In this document: positions 8,875 to 16,108 of the stretch, one piece after another | How positions within the stretch are numbered: position 1 is the first letter of the stretch | Layout of the letters: the number at the start of each line of letters is the position of its first letter | Source of the DNA: Flavobacteriales bacterium | Lineage (GTDB): Bacteria > Bacteroidota > Bacteroidia > Flavobacteriales_D > Sanyastnellaceae | Length of the DNA: 39,950 bases | Assembly (NCBI GenBank): GCA_044341475.1 | Contig: JBIIRP010000001.1 | Coordinates: forward strand, 1-39,950 | Direction of reading: 5' to 3' | Position numbers and translations under genes: made by a program | The notes under the pieces: model-generated | Database searches by the model: none | What the model saw: the letters and a program-made list of their open reading frames with translations, nothing else | Told to the model about the DNA's origin: nothing

Positions 8875-9737
8875 TGGCCATGCGGTTAACCTCCTTTGTG
8901 GCGGCCTGTGGGGCCGTTTTGGCAGCGGCCCTTCCGGCCGCAGCCCAAAAAGCCTACGTCCTCCCCTCGCCGACGGATGCAAACGCGGAAATGACGTTGT
9001 TCATCAACCTCAACAACTGCGAAGACGGCATCCAAAACAACGGTTTGAAGGCCATTCTCGAGGCCTTCCCGGACACGGCCGTCTACCTGTGGACGTGGCA
9101 GCCCGCGGGCCCGGCAGCCGGGAACGGCAACTGGGACGATTCCGCCGACCACCAGCAGCTGACGAAGGTGGGTCCAGGCCTGTACTCGATGACCTTCGTT
9201 CCGACTGCGTACTATGGCGTCGATGGTCCGGCCTTGTTCTCGCGGGGCATCTCGTGTTTGGCGAAGCTGAAGAATGGAAACAGCGTGGACGGCTTCCCCT
9301 TCGAAGCGAAAACGGAGGACATCCACGTCGACATCATCCCGAAGCTGTGCGAAGCCCGCATCTGCGTCTTCCCAGAACTGCGTAACTCCGATGACTTCGT
9401 GAGCATTACGTACGATAACGCGAAGGAAACGCGCGAGGGTCTCCAAAACATGGGGCCGGACGAATGCTACTTCTACATGATCGGTAAGGTCGACGCGTTC
9501 ACGAGCTACGAGATTGCTGCAGTGGCGGATGTCACCTCCCATCCCGAGCTTCAGGTAACGGCCATGCCGTTCACGACGAAGTTCCGGTATACGTTCATCC
9601 CGGAAGAGCTGTTCGGTGACTTCCTGCAGCCTGGCGAGAAACTCTCGGAGGTTTGGTACTACGTGGTGCGGGAAGGCTTCACCTACCCCCCCGGTCCTCC
9701 ACCCTTTGAAATCCTCAGTCTGCTCGACTGCGAATAA
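8874..9737 (+). CDS. Secreted protein with two tandem ~125-aa modules related to the N-terminus of the 1020-3824 amylase; candidate surface glycan-binding protein (SusE/F-analogous)
   Basis: ATG 8874 overlaps the upstream TGA (ctgATGgcc) and gives signal peptide MAMRLTSFVAACGAVLAAALPAAAQ. Module starts PSPTDANAEMTLFINLN and FPELRNSDDFVSITYDNA align with PFPTANDQVTLYYNAG of the amylase. I recognise no catalytic motif, lipobox at a normal distance, or T9SS CTD. Confidence 0.6.
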   Translation: MAMRLTSFVAACGAVLAAALPAAAQKAYVLPSPTDANAEMTLFINLNNCEDGIQNNGLKAILEAFPDTAVYLWTWQPAGPAAGNGNWDDSADHQQLTKVGPGLYSMTFVPTAYYGVDGPALFSRGISCLAKLKNGNSVDGFPFEAKTEDIHVDIIPKLCEARICVFPELRNSDDFVSITYDNAKETREGLQNMGPDECYFYMIGKVDAFTSYEIAAVADVTSHPELQVTAMPFTTKFRYTFIPEELFGDFLQPGEKLSEVWYYVVREGFTYPPGPPPFEILSLLDCE

Positions 9738-9745
9738 CCCCCTAC

Positions 9746-9780
9746 AGACGGATGGCTTCGGCCATCCGTTTCTCATTCTA
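9746..9780 (+). terminator. Intrinsic terminator after the tandem-module PUL gene
   Basis: A perfect 9-bp stem ACGGATGGC / GCCATCCGT (9748-9756 / 9761-9769) carries a TTCG tetraloop. It can extend by G-U and A-U pairs to 9746/9771 and is followed by TTTCTCATTC. It starts 9 nt after the TAA at 9735-9737. Confidence 0.7.
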
Positions 9781-9786
9781 CCTTCG
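9779..9786 (+). promoter_or_regulatory. TACCTTCG box, 4 nt before ATG 9791 (GH13 lipoprotein)
   Basis: This is an exact copy of the recurrent 8-mer, placed directly after the terminator U-tract. It has the TAnnTT(T/C)G / TAnnnT shape of a -7/-10 element. Confidence 0.45.
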
Positions 9787-9790
9787 TCCC

Positions 9791-12124
9791 ATGCGCATTT
9801 CGCTTGTTTTCCTCGCGGGTCTCGCGGCCGTCGGATGTGGCCCAGCGTTCCGTCCCGCCGACTACCCCCTTGCAACGGGGTATCCCCTGCTCCCCGTGGT
9901 GCTGAATCCCGACACCACGGTGCTGGTGATCGCGGACTTCCTGCCCGACGGAACCGTGCCCGATTCGGTGGTGTGGGACGATGACACGCGGCTCGCGGTA
10001 GACTCCGGGCCGGATGGGCCTACGGTAACCATCCTCGGCGCACCGAAGCTCGGCATCGGTATGCTCCGGATGCATTGCGGAACCCGGGCGGTGGACCTGC
10101 CGGTGCTGCGTTCGGACATCCAAACCCTCACCCTCACCCGCTCCTTCCCGGGTGCACAAAGCGTCACACTGACCGGAGCTGTGAACGGCTGGAATGCGGA
10201 GGCCACGCCCTTCGTGCAGACGGCCAGCGGGTGGGAACTCGAGCTGAAACTGCCGGCCGGGGTGCACCCGTACCGGCTGGTGGTGGACGGGGCGTGGCGC
10301 CTCGATCCAGAAGCCCGCGACAGCATGCCGAACGGGATGGGCGCCTTCAACTCGGTGCTGGAGGTCGGCGCCGGAGGACCGGTTCTCGAAGCGACCGACG
10401 TTGTAGAGACGGACAGCGGCACCGTCGTTGTCTGTTCGGGGTCGGCCGGGGCGTCGCTCTTTGCGTGGTGGGAGAATTCACGTGTGCCCGCGGGGCAGGT
10501 GGGCGAAGACGGCAAGGGCTACGTGCGGTTGCCGGACTTTGCGGACCAAACCGGCCGGGCCCACCTCCGCGTTTGGGCTGCGAACGCCGAGGGGACGAGC
10601 CCCGTCGTGCTGCTTCCGCTGCAGGATGGCCACATCGTGCGCGATCCGGCCGAGCTCACGCGCACAGACCGCCATGCCACGGTGATGTATTTCCTGATGG
10701 TCGACCGGTTCATCAACGGCTCGACGGCAAACGACGGCCCCACTCCGGACGCCTCTATCTCTCCGAAAGCCAACCGCTACGGCGGCGACTTCGCTGGAAT
10801 TCAACAAGCACTCGAGACCGGATATTTCGACTCGCTCGGAATCAACACGTTGTGGATTTCACCTATCACCCGAAATCCCGACGACGCCTGGGGCCTGTGG
10901 AAGCATCCGGACACCGATGTGACCAGCCGGTTCAGCGGGTACCACGGGTATTGGCCCATCCGCCTGCGGGAAATCGACCCCCGCTTCGGCACAAAGGAGG
11001 AATTCGACGGCCTCGTGGGCGCGTTGCACGCCAAACAGATGAACGTGCTGGTGGACTACGTGGCGCACCACGTCCACGAGCAGCATCCCATGGTAAAGGA
11101 ACACCCGGACTGGTACACGGACCTGTACCTGCCGGACGGCTCGCTGAACACGGAGCGTTGGGACGACCACCGATTGACCACGTGGTTCGATGTGTTCCTG
11201 CCCACGCTCGATGTGGCGAAGCCTGAGGTGTGTGAGGCCATGACGGACAGTGCGTTGTGGTGGGTGTTGAATTCGGACATCGACGGCTTCCGTCACGACG
11301 CCACGAAGCACATTCCGGAGGGATTTTGGCGGATGCTCACCCGCAAGATCCGGACGCAGGCCCCCGGCCGTCCGCTGTTCCAAATCGGAGAAACCTACGG
11401 CAGCACAGCCCTCATCCGCAGCTACGTCCACAGCGGCATGCTCGACGCGCAGTTCGACTTCAACCACTACGACGCAGCCGTGGCGGCCCTGGGACTGCCT
11501 GGCGGTCGGATGGAGGATTTGGTCCGGACGGCGCAGGAAAGCCTGCGCGCGTACGGCGCAGACCACGCCATGGGCAATATCAGCGGCAACCAGGACCGAC
11601 CGCGCTTCACCTCGCTGGCCGACGGAAGCATCGCGCCAGGCGAAGACACGAAGTACGCCGGCTGGACGCGTTCCATCCAGCACGCAAACCAGCGCGGCTT
11701 CGACCGGATGCGCCTGCTCATGGCCTACCTGATGGCGTCGCCGGGCATCCCGTGCATCTACTACGGCGACGAAATTGCCGACGTGGGCGCGAACGATCCC
11801 GACAACCGGCGGCCCTTCCGGAGCACGGAACTGTTCGACGAGGAGCTGCGGACGCGGGATTGGACGGCGGCGTGGGTCAAGCTGCGCCGCAGCCGCATGT
11901 CGATGATGTACGGGGCGACGGCCTATGCGGTGCTCGCGCCAGGCCTGCTCCGGATCGACCGGACCTACCTCGGCGAGCGCACCATCGTGCTCATCAACTC
12001 CGGGGAGGCGCCGGTTCGTGTGACCTGGCCAGAAGGGGCCCCGCGCATCCTCGCAGGGAACGGCACGGCCATCGACGGGGCGATCGACCTGCCGGTCGGC
12101 GGAGCGGTGGCGGTTGCCGGCTGA
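9791..12124 (+). CDS. GH13 alpha-amylase-family lipoprotein with CBM48-like N-terminal module
   Basis: ATG 9791 gives lipoprotein signal MRISLVFLAGLAAVGC; the alternative ATG at 9752 lies inside a terminator hairpin. CBM48/AMPK-beta-like segment: VTLTGAVNGWNAEATPF..WELELKLPAGVHPYRLVVDGAWRLDP. GH13 regions: I VLVDYVAHHV, II DGFRHDATKHI, III FQIGETYG, IV GNISGNQDRPRF. Confidence 0.88.
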   Translation: MRISLVFLAGLAAVGCGPAFRPADYPLATGYPLLPVVLNPDTTVLVIADFLPDGTVPDSVVWDDDTRLAVDSGPDGPTVTILGAPKLGIGMLRMHCGTRAVDLPVLRSDIQTLTLTRSFPGAQSVTLTGAVNGWNAEATPFVQTASGWELELKLPAGVHPYRLVVDGAWRLDPEARDSMPNGMGAFNSVLEVGAGGPVLEATDVVETDSGTVVVCSGSAGASLFAWWENSRVPAGQVGEDGKGYVRLPDFADQTGRAHLRVWAANAEGTSPVVLLPLQDGHIVRDPAELTRTDRHATVMYFLMVDRFINGSTANDGPTPDASISPKANRYGGDFAGIQQALETGYFDSLGINTLWISPITRNPDDAWGLWKHPDTDVTSRFSGYHGYWPIRLREIDPRFGTKEEFDGLVGALHAKQMNVLVDYVAHHVHEQHPMVKEHPDWYTDLYLPDGSLNTERWDDHRLTTWFDVFLPTLDVAKPEVCEAMTDSALWWVLNSDIDGFRHDATKHIPEGFWRMLTRKIRTQAPGRPLFQIGETYGSTALIRSYVHSGMLDAQFDFNHYDAAVAALGLPGGRMEDLVRTAQESLRAYGADHAMGNISGNQDRPRFTSLADGSIAPGEDTKYAGWTRSIQHANQRGFDRMRLLMAYLMASPGIPCIYYGDEIADVGANDPDNRRPFRSTELFDEELRTRDWTAAWVKLRRSRMSMMYGATAYAVLAPGLLRIDRTYLGERTIVLINSGEAPVRVTWPEGAPRILAGNGTAIDGAIDLPVGGAVAVAG

Positions 12125-12652
12125 TCAGGGGGCCTTCGCTGCTTCGTTGAGGGTCAGGACGCGGACGATGGTCCACGCGCCGTCGCCGAGGTTGATGGAT
12201 TCGGTGCAGCGCAAGGCGCCAGGGGTGCGCTCGAAGGTGCGGCGGAGGAGGGCCGGTCGGCCTTGCCATTCGGAGCCGCGGGCGAGCGTTCCTTTCGAGG
12301 CTGCGGAAGAGCTGTGGAACCAGGTTTCTGTGCGGGGTTTAGAGTCTTCGATGACGGTGACTTCGACGCGGTTGTCCGTGCCGGTTTTCCACATTTCGAG
12401 GTGCTCGCGCACAGTCCCGTCCGAGCGTTGTTCGAGCCACTGGAGCACGAAGCCGTCTTCTTTGCCGTTGCGTTTGCCCGACAGGCTCACCGGGTTGCCA
12501 GCAGGATCTTCTGGGCGCGTGGCATTTCCGGTGTAGGATCCCTCAAGCATGTACATCCAATCCGGCACAGCAGTTTGGGCACGGGAAGCGCTAGGCAGTA
12601 GGGCCGCACATGCGAGGAGCAGCACCGTGGGGAAAGGAAAGCGGACGTTCAT
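12125..12652 (-). CDS. Hypothetical secreted protein (175 aa)
   Basis: ATG at 12652 gives signal peptide MNVRFPFPTVLLLACAALLPSASRAQ. The longer ORF-track start at 12823 would overlap the divergent dehydrogenase gene. I recognise no family. Confidence 0.55.
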   Translation of the reverse strand: MNVRFPFPTVLLLACAALLPSASRAQTAVPDWMYMLEGSYTGNATRPEDPAGNPVSLSGKRNGKEDGFVLQWLEQRSDGTVREHLEMWKTGTDNRVEVTVIEDSKPRTETWFHSSSAASKGTLARGSEWQGRPALLRRTFERTPGALRCTESINLGDGAWTIVRVLTLNEAAKAP

Positions 12653-12672
12653 GCCGCAAAGGAAAGTCGTGG

Positions 12673-12680
12673 TACCTTCG
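12673..12680 (+). promoter_or_regulatory. TACCTTCG box, 24 nt before ATG 12705 (PQQ dehydrogenase)
   Basis: An exact copy in the 52-nt divergent intergenic region. A related TTCCTTTG lies on the minus strand at 12664-12657, 4 nt before ATG 12652. Confidence 0.4.
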
Positions 12681-12704
12681 GGTCCGCACCTGTATTTCGA
12701 AATC

Positions 12705-14108
12705 ATGCGCACACGCCTTCTGCATGCGGCAGTTTGGGCATCGGCACTCGTGCCGATGGCAGCCCACGCCCAACCCACCTGGAACCTCGGCACCACCGTC
12801 CTCACGGAAACGAACCTCGTCACCGGCGTTCAACTGCCATGGGAAATCCTGTGGGGCCCGGACGACCACCTGTGGGTCACCACGCGGCCGGGCGATGTAC
12901 TGCGCGTCGACCCCGCAACGGGCATCTACACCACGGTGCTCGAGCTGACCGTGATGAACAACGGCTCGGGCGAACCCGGATTGCTCGGCATGGCGATGCA
13001 TCCGGAATGGGAATCGACGCCGAAGGTCTTCCTCGTGTACTGCACGGGATCAGGTGCATCCGGAAGCGAGCGGCTGAGTGTGTTCGATTGGGACGGAGTT
13101 TCGCTCGTGAACGAGCAGGTTCTTTTGACCATTTCTGCGGGAGGCATTCACAACGGATCGCGGCTGCTCGTCCTGCCTGACAATACGCTGCTCATGACCA
13201 CGGGCGACGTGGGCAATACCGGCAATGCCCAAAATTTGAATAGCTCGCAAGGCAAAATCCTGCGGCTCAACCTCGACGGCAGCATCCCCGCGGACAACCC
13301 GGATCCGACGAGCGCGGTCTACACCTACGGCAACCGCAACGCCCAAGGCCTCGCGCTGGGACCGGATGGCATCGTTTACAGCTCCGAACACGGCCAAAAC
13401 AGCGACGACGAGCTCAACATCGTCCTCCCCGGCCGCAACTACGGCTGGCCCACCGTCCAAGGCCTGTGCAACACCGCTTCCGAACAAACGTTTTGCGAAG
13501 CAAACAATGTCATGGAGCCCTTGAAAGTGTGGACTCCGTGTGTGGCGGTCAACGGCCTCGAATACTACAACCACCCCGCCATTCCGGAATGGCAGCACAG
13601 CCTGCTGCTCTCGGTACTCGGCGGCTTAAACGGGCAGTACGAGCGCTTGAGCGTGCTGCACCTGAGCGCCGACGGCCAGTCAATCACGTCCGAGGACCAG
13701 TGGTTCTCCTCGTTCAACCAACGCGTCCGGGACATCGCAGTCAACCCCTACGACGGGTCCGTCTATGTCGCGCTCAACGGCGTATCGTACCCTGGCTCGG
13801 GACCGAACATCATCAAGCAGTTCCGGAATGCCTCGTTCGGCGTGGACGTAGCCGAACACGCGGAGACGCCCGCTCCTTCCGCCTACCCTGTGCCGGCGAG
13901 CGACCTCCTGACGCTCGAAATTCCGCAGGAATGGCAGGGCAGCGAGGTGCGCATGTTCAGTTACACCGGCAGCCAGGTCGCGGCGTTTCGCGCGGATGCA
14001 TCGCATGAGGTTGTCGAGGTTCAGGACTGGTCGGAGGGCCTGTACTTCGCAGCCCTCGAGGCCCCGGATGGACGGAAGTGGACGGTGACGTTCTCGGTCG
14101 TGCGGTGA
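12705..14108 (+). CDS. PQQ-dependent soluble sugar (glucose/sorbosone) dehydrogenase family protein with T9SS type A C-terminal domain
   Basis: ATG 12705 gives signal peptide MRTRLLHAAVWASALVPMAAHAQ. sGDH/YliI-type blocks are present: LPWEILWGPDDHLWVTTRPG, GLLGMAMHPEW, HNGSRLLVLPDNTLLMTTGD, GKILRLNLDGSIPADNP, YTYGNRNAQGLALGPDG..SEHGQNSDDELNIVLPGRNYGWP. The last ~80 aa (YPVPASDLLTLEIP..EGLYFAALE..VTFSVVR) form a T9SS CTD. Confidence 0.85.
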   Translation: MRTRLLHAAVWASALVPMAAHAQPTWNLGTTVLTETNLVTGVQLPWEILWGPDDHLWVTTRPGDVLRVDPATGIYTTVLELTVMNNGSGEPGLLGMAMHPEWESTPKVFLVYCTGSGASGSERLSVFDWDGVSLVNEQVLLTISAGGIHNGSRLLVLPDNTLLMTTGDVGNTGNAQNLNSSQGKILRLNLDGSIPADNPDPTSAVYTYGNRNAQGLALGPDGIVYSSEHGQNSDDELNIVLPGRNYGWPTVQGLCNTASEQTFCEANNVMEPLKVWTPCVAVNGLEYYNHPAIPEWQHSLLLSVLGGLNGQYERLSVLHLSADGQSITSEDQWFSSFNQRVRDIAVNPYDGSVYVALNGVSYPGSGPNIIKQFRNASFGVDVAEHAETPAPSAYPVPASDLLTLEIPQEWQGSEVRMFSYTGSQVAAFRADASHEVVEVQDWSEGLYFAALEAPDGRKWTVTFSVVR

Positions 14109-16108
14109 GCCTGCGGGCTGCGCTCGTCTGCGCAATCGTTTGGTATTCAGCGTTTCCTGCGCTTTTCGCATCGAGCGACTCGCTGACCGCTCCGCAGGTG
14201 GTGCTCCCTCCTGCTGAGGTGGGCATCGACCGGCCGTCGGCGGCTGCAGGACTGCTCGTGCGGTCGCGGACCGCAACCGAACTGAGGTCCGGCGCCTTGC
14301 CGGATATCCAGGAAGCGCTGAACCGCCTTCCCGGCGTGAAGATGGAAAGTCGCGGCATCGGCGGTTCGAGGCGCATCTCAATCCGAGGAAGCAATGCCCG
14401 CTCGCCCTTTGCTATCCGGAATACCTTCTTGCTCGCCGACGGGTTCGTGCTGACGTCTGCGGATGGCGTATCGCCGTTCGAATGGCTTGATCCCCAGCTG
14501 CTTACCGGGGTGGAAGTCATCGCCGGCCCCACGGGGGCGTTCATCGGGGGTGGGTACGGAGGCGTTGTTTCCGTTTCGCTGAAGCCCGATGCACAGGCGC
14601 TGCGGTTCGGTACCTCCGTGGCCACGCTCGGCGAGGGGGCGGCCGGCGAAGGCCCTGCCGGCGGGCTGGCGGCTGCGGTGGCGCTTCCCTCCCGCTTGCC
14701 CACGGCCGTGCGCGTGTCTGCGGTGCATCAGCCGGGCTACCGAGACCAGGAGGCGAACCGCAAGGTGCAGGTGGATGTGCGTACCACCCTGCCGTCCCGC
14801 CAGGGTGACCAAACCCTGTGGATCGCCGCCTGGACCGGGCGATGGGAGCTGCCCGGAGCCCTCGATGTCAGCACAGCCGCGTCAACACCGACGGCCGCGC
14901 CCGGCGCACCCTTTTCCGCCCGGGTGGAGCGGGACCGGATGCTGGTCGGGTGGAGCCGGGAAAAGGAAGGTCCGCGGGGGGCGTCGGGCGTTTGGCTCCT
15001 CGCCCACGGCAGCACGAAACGCAATCCCTTCGGCACCTCGCGGTTCTACCAAGGCGACAAGCACGAGTCCGAAGGCGGGCTCACCGCGCGCGGCCGGGTG
15101 GTACGGGTGCTGCATTCCGGTGACCGCGGGATGGTGCGGGCCGACCTCTCGACCATCGTTCGGGCGGACCGGCTGGCCGTGACGGAATGGGACACGCTCG
15201 CCGCGCCACAAGACCGCTCGCTGCGCTACGACCTCCTGACCGACGCCCTCAACCTGTGGGCCGGAGCGGGGTGCGACTGGCTCGGCACCCGCGGCAGTCG
15301 AGCGGCAGTCGGCATCGGCATGGAGCGCCTCGACCGACTCACCGCGGGCTCGTTTACCGCCATTCCTGACCCTTACCGCGAACGGTATTCCGACGCACGT
15401 CCCCTCCTTCGGGCCTCGTGGAAGCAGCCCATCGGAAAGCGGCTTGCAGGACACGCGGCCTTCGCCCAAGGCATCGGACATCCCGCCTCCCTCGAACTCG
15501 TGCATCCAGAAACCTTCCTGCCGAACACCTTGCGCTCGGAACGGGCGGACGGGTACGAGGCGGGCCTGCAAGCCGCGGGATCCCGCTGGTCCACGGACCT
15601 GACGCTGTACCGCACCCGGGTCGTCGATGCCATCCGCCAAGTCCCAGGAAGCACCGATGCGGCGGTGCTGGAAAATGCCGCAGCCGCGGCCCTTGCCGGG
15701 GCGGAATGGGAGGCGACGGCCCGCGGAGCGCACTGGGAGGTCCGTGGCTACGCTGCGCTGCAGCAGCACCGGATTTTCGAGGCAGACACCCTGCTCCTCC
15801 CAGGGTCGCCGCGGTCCGTGGTGGGCATCGATGCGACAGGAATGTGGCGCAATCTGCGGGCCGAGGTGCATGTCCGCCGCACCGGCGAAACCCCACTGAA
15901 CGATGCAAACTCCGACGTGGCAGAGCCGTGGTCCCGGGTAGATGCCGAGCTCGGCCGCACCTTAGGTCCGTGGACCATCACGGCCGGGGTACGCAACGCC
16001 CTAGACGTTCGCACCACGGACTGGTGGTCCGTGAATGCCCCAGGTGGTCGGTACTACAACCCGGCCGCACCGCGCACCTGGTTCCTGGCCTGCGTGTTTA
16101 CTCGATGA
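14105..16108 (+). CDS. TonB-dependent receptor (small, about 667 aa)
   Basis: Plug motifs DIQEALNRLPGVKMESRGIGGSRRISIRGSNARSPFAIRNTFLLADGFVL..VEVIAGPTGAFIGGGYGGVVSV are followed by a barrel-length Gly/Ala/Arg-rich region. GTG 14105 overlaps the dehydrogenase stop (GTGA) and yields signal-like VSLRAALVCAIVWYSAFPALFA. The ORF-track GTG at 14078 is an alternative start. Confidence 0.8.
   Translation: MSLRAALVCAIVWYSAFPALFASSDSLTAPQVVLPPAEVGIDRPSAAAGLLVRSRTATELRSGALPDIQEALNRLPGVKMESRGIGGSRRISIRGSNARSPFAIRNTFLLADGFVLTSADGVSPFEWLDPQLLTGVEVIAGPTGAFIGGGYGGVVSVSLKPDAQALRFGTSVATLGEGAAGEGPAGGLAAAVALPSRLPTAVRVSAVHQPGYRDQEANRKVQVDVRTTLPSRQGDQTLWIAAWTGRWELPGALDVSTAASTPTAAPGAPFSARVERDRMLVGWSREKEGPRGASGVWLLAHGSTKRNPFGTSRFYQGDKHESEGGLTARGRVVRVLHSGDRGMVRADLSTIVRADRLAVTEWDTLAAPQDRSLRYDLLTDALNLWAGAGCDWLGTRGSRAAVGIGMERLDRLTAGSFTAIPDPYRERYSDARPLLRASWKQPIGKRLAGHAAFAQGIGHPASLELVHPETFLPNTLRSERADGYEAGLQAAGSRWSTDLTLYRTRVVDAIRQVPGSTDAAVLENAAAAALAGAEWEATARGAHWEVRGYAALQQHRIFEADTLLLPGSPRSVVGIDATGMWRNLRAEVHVRRTGETPLNDANSDVAEPWSRVDAELGRTLGPWTITAGVRNALDVRTTDWWSVNAPGGRYYNPAAPRTWFLACVFTR

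Noticed and set aside
12549-12704. Upstream extension of the PQQ dehydrogenase ORF (ATG 12549)
   Set aside because: It would overlap the divergent 12125-12652 gene and the intergenic boxes. ATG 12705 gives a proper signal peptide.
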